This document shows, in pieces, positions 58,400 through 64,000 of a stretch of DNA of 64,000 nucleotides. The translations under genes were made by a program, and so were the position numbers. This DNA comes from an uncultured Caulobacteraceae bacterium (GTDB taxonomy: Bacteria > Pseudomonadota > Alphaproteobacteria > Caulobacterales > Aquidulcibacteraceae), in NCBI GenBank assembly GCA_902826145.1, contig CADEDT010000004.1:5905-69904 (forward strand). Reading direction: 5' to 3'. The notes beneath the pieces are model-generated. The model was not told where the DNA came from. It searched no databases and saw only the letters and a list, made by a program, of their open reading frames with translations. How positions within the stretch are numbered: the stretch's first letter is position 1; every line of letters begins with the position of its first letter.

Positions 58400-60064
58400 A
58401 TGATGCCCGTCCAACGTCGCATGTTGCTTGCGCAATTGCTGGCGGGCGTCTCGACTCTCGCCTTGAGCAGCACGGCGTTCGCCCAGAACGTCATCTACAC
58501 GTATGACTCGCTGGGCCGCGTCACTAGCGTAACAAACCCGGACGGCTCGACGATCAGATACACCTACGATCCCGCCGGCAATCGGACGCAAGTCGTACAA
58601 GCGGCGAGCACCGGTCAACCAGTCGGCGCTTTCTACCCATCACTGTCTTCGATCAGGTCCGGCACGTCCGTCACGCTCTACTGGTCGAGCGCCAACGCGA
58701 CCAGCGCTTCGATCGACAATGGCGTCGGCAGCGTCACGCCCGTCGCCAGCGGTTCAGTTTCGGTGTCGCCAACAACAACCACCACCTACACGCTGACGCT
58801 GACAGGCGCCGGCGGACAGACGACGTTACAAACCACAGTAGCCGTGGCGCCGGGCGGGACACTCTCGGCGTCGCCGTCTGCGATCCAAGAAGGCGCCTCC
58901 ACTACCCTCTCATGGACTAGCGCTGCCGCTACATCAGCGTCTATCGACAATGGCGTTGGCAACGTAACGCCGGTGAGCGGCGGTTCGGTTAGCGTTTCAC
59001 CGGACGTAACGACGACCTACACCCTTACCCTGAACGGCCCTGGCGGGCAGACGATGTTGCCAACCACGGTCACTGTTTACCCGCCGCCGACCGGGACATT
59101 CGAGGCCGATTCATGGGTTATCGGCACTGGGCGCTCAACTACGCTCAGGTGGAAGAGCGAGAACGCGACATCTGCCTCGATCAACAACGGCGTCGGCAGC
59201 GTCGCGCCCGTTGCTGAGGGTTCTGTCGTCGTCTCACCGGCATCGACCACGACGTATACGCTCACCTTGAGCAATCCTGGCGGGCAGATCACGTTGCAAA
59301 CGACGGTCACCGTCAACTCGGACTTCAATCAGACGATTGCTGTCACCGGTACGGGACCCGTGAACCTACGAACGCTTGCTCAGACAGCGGGCTTCGACGG
59401 ATTACGAAATGCCGTCGTTACATTCCAACTCGGCAGCGGCGTCACAATTACCGGTGCTCCGGGCGGAGGCACCGGCATCGACACGGGGCTCTGGCCATCG
59501 GACGACTTCGGCGTCGCGTTGACGGTGCAAGTTAGCGGCAAGGTGCGCGGCGGCGGTGGCGCTGGCGGCACCGGCTCTGACGTGAACAGCTATTCTGCCG
59601 GTGTAGGCGGCGACGCAATCTTCTGTCGCGAGAACATCGCCATCACAGTCAACAGCGGCGCTGAAGTTAGGGCCGGCGGCGGCGGCGGCGCTGGCGGCGG
59701 CGGTTGGAAATCCAAAAACGCCGAAGGCGAATGGGAGCCCTATCGTCAAGGCGGCGGCGGTGGTGGTGGTTTTCCGAATGGGGCTGGCGGGACGGGCGTC
59801 AATACAGGAGGCAGCGGCACAACAAGCGGCGGCGGAGCCGGCGGCGCCGGCTCTTCTGGCGGAACGAGATTGTCGGGCGCCGGCGGGACTGGTGGCGGCA
59901 TCGCAGCGGCGGGTGCGGACGGCGTGGCCGCAACCGGCACGGTCACTTCAAACTTCGAGAAAACGAATCCTGGCCTCGCAGGCGTTGCCGGCTACGCAAT
60001 TCGCAAGAACGGCAAGACCGTCAGCGTCACCAACAACGGCACGATCTCGGGCACGGTCGGCTGA
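58400..60064 (+). CDS. Exported YD-repeat / triple Ig-like / Gly-rich adhesin-like protein
   Basis: ATG after GGGGGAGG; signal ending AFAQ; YTYDSLGRVTSVTNPDGSTIRYTYDPAGNRT; three beta-rich repeats; Gly-rich C-terminus. Confidence 0.85.
   Translation: MMPVQRRMLLAQLLAGVSTLALSSTAFAQNVIYTYDSLGRVTSVTNPDGSTIRYTYDPAGNRTQVVQAASTGQPVGAFYPSLSSIRSGTSVTLYWSSANATSASIDNGVGSVTPVASGSVSVSPTTTTTYTLTLTGAGGQTTLQTTVAVAPGGTLSASPSAIQEGASTTLSWTSAAATSASIDNGVGNVTPVSGGSVSVSPDVTTTYTLTLNGPGGQTMLPTTVTVYPPPTGTFEADSWVIGTGRSTTLRWKSENATSASINNGVGSVAPVAEGSVVVSPASTTTYTLTLSNPGGQITLQTTVTVNSDFNQTIAVTGTGPVNLRTLAQTAGFDGLRNAVVTFQLGSGVTITGAPGGGTGIDTGLWPSDDFGVALTVQVSGKVRGGGGAGGTGSDVNSYSAGVGGDAIFCRENIAITVNSGAEVRAGGGGGAGGGGWKSKNAEGEWEPYRQGGGGGGGFPNGAGGTGVNTGGSGTTSGGGAGGAGSSGGTRLSGAGGTGGGIAAAGADGVAATGTVTSNFEKTNPGLAGVAGYAIRKNGKTVSVTNNGTISGTVG
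58625..59317 (+). repeat. Three tandem ~78-aa Ig/PKD-like repeats
   Basis: Recurrent TL.W.S..ATSASI.NGVG.V.PV..GSV.VSP..TTTYTLTL...GGQ..L.TTV. Confidence 0.9.
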
Positions 60065-60125
60065 TATTGGTTGAACCAATGCAAGCGGTCTGCCCTACTG
60101 AGCGACAAAGGTTGCTGGGGCGAGA

Positions 60126-60854
60126 ATGAAACATCTAGTGCTTGCGGCTGCGTTGTTGGTCGGTGGCTGCGTGACGTACGCCAGCGTGGCATCGCCCATA
60201 TCTCCAGTCCGCACCAACCAAGTTCGTGAGTCCAATTACACGATCGGTGTGGAGAGAAATGTCGTCGTGGGCGATCCCATCGTTCGCGTCCGCGACTATT
60301 CGGAGGTCGTGACCGAGACCACCCTCATGGAGGCCAACGAGTCCTTCGAGTTGTCGGGTGGTATTGTTCACATCAACTTTCAGCGTGGCGAACGGTTGCC
60401 CATCTTTGGACAACGCGTCGAGGACGGCGTGACGTACACGGTCGCGCGCAAAGGCGAGTTCGGCATCCACATCGCGCCGGACGGAACGATCGGCCCAAGA
60501 GTGATCAACGGACTTGGGCGAGCACACACGCCAGCCGAGGTCGTCATGGTCTATCGGTTCTCGCCCAGTTCGTCGTCGGCCCGGTTCAATCGTGTCGCGG
60601 ACAGAAATGTTCAGCGGACAGCAGCCGGTCAGAACTTCGAGATCGTCTTCAACGGGATCGACGGTCAGGCAATGCGGTTTCAGTACCGCGAATACACCGC
60701 CAACGACTTGGCTCGGCCAGCGTTCTTCCAGGAGTTATCGTATCCCTTGGCAACCCGGACGATCCGGTTTCGTGAAATCGTCATCAACGTGGCGTCTATC
60801 GACGCCCAAGAGGTTCGGTACACTGTAGTGGCGGATGGCAGGACATCGCCCTGA
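60126..60854 (+). CDS. Hypothetical lipoprotein
   Basis: MKHLVLAAALLVGGC lipobox; FQYREYTANDLARPAFFQELSY. Confidence 0.8.
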   Translation: MKHLVLAAALLVGGCVTYASVASPISPVRTNQVRESNYTIGVERNVVVGDPIVRVRDYSEVVTETTLMEANESFELSGGIVHINFQRGERLPIFGQRVEDGVTYTVARKGEFGIHIAPDGTIGPRVINGLGRAHTPAEVVMVYRFSPSSSSARFNRVADRNVQRTAAGQNFEIVFNGIDGQAMRFQYREYTANDLARPAFFQELSYPLATRTIRFREIVINVASIDAQEVRYTVVADGRTSP

Positions 60855-60857
60855 CGA

Positions 60858-61172
60858 TCAGCGTCGAATGCTGCTGGCGAACGCGTCCGCCTCGTTCAGC
60901 GCATCTCGCTGAGCGTCTTGAATGCGGCGGATATCGTTGTTGCCGGCTTCGACATAATCGTTGATGCAGTCAATGTACTGGTTCGCGTCGTCCCTGAAAT
61001 TGTCCCACGCGTAGCGGTCATTGCTATAGGGCCGTGAAGGCGCGTAGCAGCGATGGTCTGGATAACCCATCAGCGGCAAGTTGCTCGGCCCGAACACGAT
61101 CGCGAACGCCGTCCCCGTCAGATATGTTGAGACAAGAACCACCAAGAACATCTGCTTAGACGATTTCAGCAT
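60858..61172 (-). CDS. Small exported hypothetical protein
   Basis: ATG after GAGGGAGG; signal-like N-terminus; GYPDHRC...YIDCINDYVEAGNNDIRRI. Confidence 0.7.
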   Translation of the reverse strand: MLKSSKQMFLVVLVSTYLTGTAFAIVFGPSNLPLMGYPDHRCYAPSRPYSNDRYAWDNFRDDANQYIDCINDYVEAGNNDIRRIQDAQRDALNEADAFASSIRR

Positions 61173-61262
61173 CGGCGGCCTCCCTCGCACGTCATATCAC
61201 GCTGCATGTTGAAGGAAACGAAATGTCACCGTGTCGTGAGGGTGCGATCTCGCACGGTGCGA

Positions 61263-61907
61263 CTAGAACCAAGGGTACGGAAGTGTGCCGAGCACGACGC
61301 CGACCAGCAGAAAGATCGCGCCACAGAACGAGAGATCGAGCCCGCCGGTGGCATGCGCCGTCAGCAACTTTCGGACCTCACGAACTTCCGAGACGCGTTT
61401 CGCTTCCTCGGCGCTGATGAGTGCTCTTAGCTCATCGTTCTGTTGCTGAGTACTCTTCTTGAAGGCCGAAAGTTCGCCGCTCTGACGTTCGACTTCTTGC
61501 AACACGTAGGCAATCTTCTCGTCCGGTGTGGCGTTCGGCCTCAAGCCTTGACGCACCGAGATTTCACCGATGGACATCGGCATCCCGAGCACGCCGTCCA
61601 TCGAGATGTACTGCGTCTTCGGGAATAGGACGGGAAATCCTCGGAACCATCCCAACACCGCGCCACGCAGCGACGGCAGCCCGAACTGCGCTCGCGTCAT
61701 CAGGACGCCGACGATCACAAACATGACGCCGATGCATTGAAGCGCCGCGCCGATCGCTCGAACCCAGGTCTCGTGATCAGGTCCCAGACTAGCGAACGCA
61801 TAGACCGATGCGGCGACATTCAAGCCGACCGTTCCGATGCCTAGACCGCCCGTCCGAAGCCAAGCCCCGAGACGACGAGGATACATCGCGAGTTGCTTCC
61901 ACTTCAC
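61263..61907 (-). CDS. Hypothetical membrane protein
   Basis: TM segments at both ends with a central coiled-coil; 214 aa. Confidence 0.65.
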   Translation of the reverse strand: MKWKQLAMYPRRLGAWLRTGGLGIGTVGLNVAASVYAFASLGPDHETWVRAIGAALQCIGVMFVIVGVLMTRAQFGLPSLRGAVLGWFRGFPVLFPKTQYISMDGVLGMPMSIGEISVRQGLRPNATPDEKIAYVLQEVERQSGELSAFKKSTQQQNDELRALISAEEAKRVSEVREVRKLLTAHATGGLDLSFCGAIFLLVGVVLGTLPYPWF

Positions 61908-61965
61908 CGAAAATCATCTCCATCAACAACAGCACGATCTCGGGAACGGTGGGATAGCGTCGTTC

Positions 61966-62421
61966 TCAGAGCCACTGAGCAACCCCGCCATGGTGTGAGC
62001 ACGTGCCGCGTCGGTTTTGGCTGAAACTGTAGGTCCCGTCTCTGCATCGCGCCGTCGCGCCGCTCGGTACTGATCCATCTTCAGTGTACGCTGGTGAATG
62101 CACGCGGTTGCCCCGGCTGTTGGTGTAGTAATTGTCGTTCGACAGCGCCGGCTCATCTCCATAGGCGTCAAGCTCTTCAGGCTCGACTAGCGAGTCGAGT
62201 TCTTCGGTGCCTCCGAAGCTGTCTGCGGCGTACGGTTCGGTTTGGTCAGTGTAGACTGGGGGCGGTGCGTCGTACGCTGGCGGGGTCGTGTACGCTCGCG
62301 TGATGGCCGGAGGATCATAGCTGGGCGCCGGCGGCGAAGTTGAGTCGCTGCACTGACCCACCGCCCAAAGGACAGCGAGTCCAATCAGCAGAGCGCCGCA
62401 ACCGCCGTTGTTACTGGCCAT
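61966..62421 (-). CDS. DUF3761 domain protein
   Basis: C-terminal GATARCRDGTYSFSQNRRGTCSHHGGVAQWL; N-terminal TM; Pro-rich linker. Confidence 0.9.
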   Translation of the reverse strand: MASNNGGCGALLIGLAVLWAVGQCSDSTSPPAPSYDPPAITRAYTTPPAYDAPPPVYTDQTEPYAADSFGGTEELDSLVEPEELDAYGDEPALSNDNYYTNSRGNRVHSPAYTEDGSVPSGATARCRDGTYSFSQNRRGTCSHHGGVAQWL

Positions 62422-62451
62422 CGTCCTCTTCCGCTGAGATCGACGCCTCGC

Positions 62452-64000
62452 CTACTCCACGACAATTCGAGGATGATTGGCGCCGTCAGGAGAATTCGAA
62501 CTCACAAACTCGTTGTAATTGTTGTTGGTGCTGACCGGGCGCAGCACCAGTCCGTAGTTCGGGCGATCGCCTCGCACCCACGCGTTATAGAGGTCGGTGA
62601 TATCGATGCGGACCCAGCCTTCCTGAGCTGAGACGCCAACACGCGCCACTGGACGCGATCGCGGGCGATCTCTCCACCACAGCCGGTCACCAGCGGTCCA
62701 ACCCCAGTCGGCCACCACGACGTCGAGATGCATGTCGGTCGGCATCTCCAACGTGCGGTTATACAATTCCAACGTGGCGCGCTTCGCTTGCGGCGCATCT
62801 CCAGGCAACTCGAAGCGGATCAGCGACCAGTACTCATCGCCCCAGCCGCCCACGCGTAGCTTCTCGTCGTCCAGACCTCCGCCAGGTCCTCCGCCTCCCC
62901 CGGCATACGAGTATACGCTGGTCGTCCAGATATCCCGGCAGTTTGACGGATCGCACGAGAACGTCATCGGTCCCACGACCGCGAGTTGATCAGGCATCGG
63001 ACCCGCACGCACAAAGGTGTGCTGGGCGCTCATGTCGGGGCGACCGGAATTGTCAGTGAAGTGCGTGAACGATGAGAATTCCATCAGCGAGCCGTCGCCC
63101 CGAAGAATCAGAGCGACACTCGTTTGGGCGAAGCCTGGATCGTAAAATGCTTCCAGTGTCAGCGCGTCGGCGCTCTGGCTGTGACGACCGCGCACGACGC
63201 CCCAGTCGCAATCGGTGGGAGAACACGCGCCGAATGCCTGTACCAGCATTCCGTCCTGGTCTTCGGTGATAACAATTCTCGTCACGCCACGCGTGTTGGC
63301 GTCGGTGTTGATCCACTGACCCAACATCGAAGCCGGTGGCAGCAGCGTCGGTTGGACAACGGGCGCAGTGGCAGCGGCTTGAGGTCGGTTCTCAACTATT
63401 GCCGCACGCGCGGGCGGGCGGGTTCGTCCCCCGCCATCGAACAACTGGGCAATCTCTGTACCGATACTCGGGCGAACGAGACCTATAAGTGCCGTGACCG
63501 AAAGCGAGCCGACAGCGGCGACACTCGCAACAATCCAGGCTCGCGCGCGAAGACCATCTTCCGCACGCCACCGCCACGCCGCGAAGCACGCACGGTAGAG
63601 CAGCGAACCGACCACCAGCGACGCCAACGCTCCAGCAAACCAGTCACCTGTCGCCGTCGTCGAGAAGAATACCAAGGCCTGAAGCACAAAGGCGTATGGA
63701 AAGAAGTAGGCAGCGCGTGCGTGCCTGAACTTCCACAACGCGAACATGGCGCCAGCAAACAGGATGATGCCGACAATTGCGCCGACGCCGCCGCCAATCA
63801 CTTTGTTGGCCGCGATCGCGAGCAGAATGATGGGCAAGAAGGGTGTGACGACGGCTGCGATCACGACGCCGATAATGAAAAGGCCAAACACGACCTGGAC
63901 CCAATTGGTCTCGGAGGTATCCGAACTGCTCGAATAGCTTCGTGACGCCCGGGCTTCATTGGCCTCGCGTCTTATCCGCGCTCGATAGTCCCGTTCGTTT
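62452..64000 (-). CDS. Multi-TM protein with C-terminal DNRLRE-like (CBM96-like) domain; 5' end beyond the window
   Basis: Frame stays open upstream of GTG 63891 to the window edge (NERDYRARIRR...); LRVGGWGDEYWSLIRFEL, WVRIDIT, NYGLVLRP, FVSS...HPRIVVE. Confidence 0.78.
   Translation of the reverse strand, partial: NERDYRARIRREANEARASRSYSSSSDTSETNWVQVVFGLFIIGVVIAAVVTPFLPIILLAIAANKVIGGGVGAIVGIILFAGAMFALWKFRHARAAYFFPYAFVLQALVFFSTTATGDWFAGALASLVVGSLLYRACFAAWRWRAEDGLRARAWIVASVAAVGSLSVTALIGLVRPSIGTEIAQLFDGGGRTRPPARAAIVENRPQAAATAPVVQPTLLPPASMLGQWINTDANTRGVTRIVITEDQDGMLVQAFGACSPTDCDWGVVRGRHSQSADALTLEAFYDPGFAQTSVALILRGDGSLMEFSSFTHFTDNSGRPDMSAQHTFVRAGPMPDQLAVVGPMTFSCDPSNCRDIWTTSVYSYAGGGGGPGGGLDDEKLRVGGWGDEYWSLIRFELPGDAPQAKRATLELYNRTLEMPTDMHLDVVVADWGWTAGDRLWWRDRPRSRPVARVGVSAQEGWVRIDITDLYNAWVRGDRPNYGLVLRPVSTNNNYNEFVSSNSPDGANHPRIVVE

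Larger units (their letters stand above)
41639..64000. mobile_element. Genomic island/integrative element at a tRNA(CAU) gene; right end beyond the window
   Basis: att fragment, adjacent tyrosine integrase, XRE regulator, serine recombinase, RHS module and dense hypothetical cargo. Confidence 0.8.

Noticed and set aside
59545..59935. GGC-rich tracts as microsatellites or contingency loci
   Set aside because: In-frame Gly codons of the Gly-rich domain; no frameshifting unit.
1..64000. CRISPR arrays, rRNA, IS transposases, T6SS or phage structural genes
   Set aside because: None seen: no regularly spaced repeats, DDE transposase, VgrG/PAAR or capsid/terminase motifs were recognised.

Overview
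GC-rich alphaproteobacterial DNA; a Caulobacterales/Hyphomonadales-like host is inferred from gene content. The window has three zones. (1) 1-28.2 kb looks like chromosomal backbone: a phenylacetate catabolic cluster (paaZ partial, paaG, paaI, paaABCDE, TetR/PaaR-like regulator) interrupted by an erythromycin-esterase-family lipoprotein; a Phd/YefM-PAS-PAS fusion gene divergent from tadE-tadG plus a Csu-type chaperone-usher pilus operon; an M16 peptidase; a TolC/TetR/MFP/RND efflux locus; and a DSD1-family PLP enzyme with a FAD lactone oxidase. (2) 28.3-41.6 kb is accessory: CHAD and CYTH-CHAD genes, DUF2254-like, DUF5367-like, and a tightly coupled four-gene operon encoding a phosphoesterase(PLC-like)-catalase-like fusion, a small uncharacterised partner, a DyP peroxidase and an adenylate cyclase-STAND NTPase. 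(3) From 41.64 kb to the window end is an integrated element bounded by a 3'-half tRNA(CAU) att site. It carries a tyrosine integrase, many small membrane/secreted cargo genes, a thermonuclease, a serine recombinase, a Sec-exported transglutaminase-like/RHS toxin with a putative lipoprotein immunity gene, and a divergent YD-repeat/Ig-like/Gly-rich adhesin-like gene. Best candidates for undescribed systems: the PLC-catalase/DyP/cyclase-STAND operon, the RHS plus YD-adhesin pair, and the Phd-PAS/Tad/Csu locus. Family calls come from motif recognition by eye; no database searches were run.
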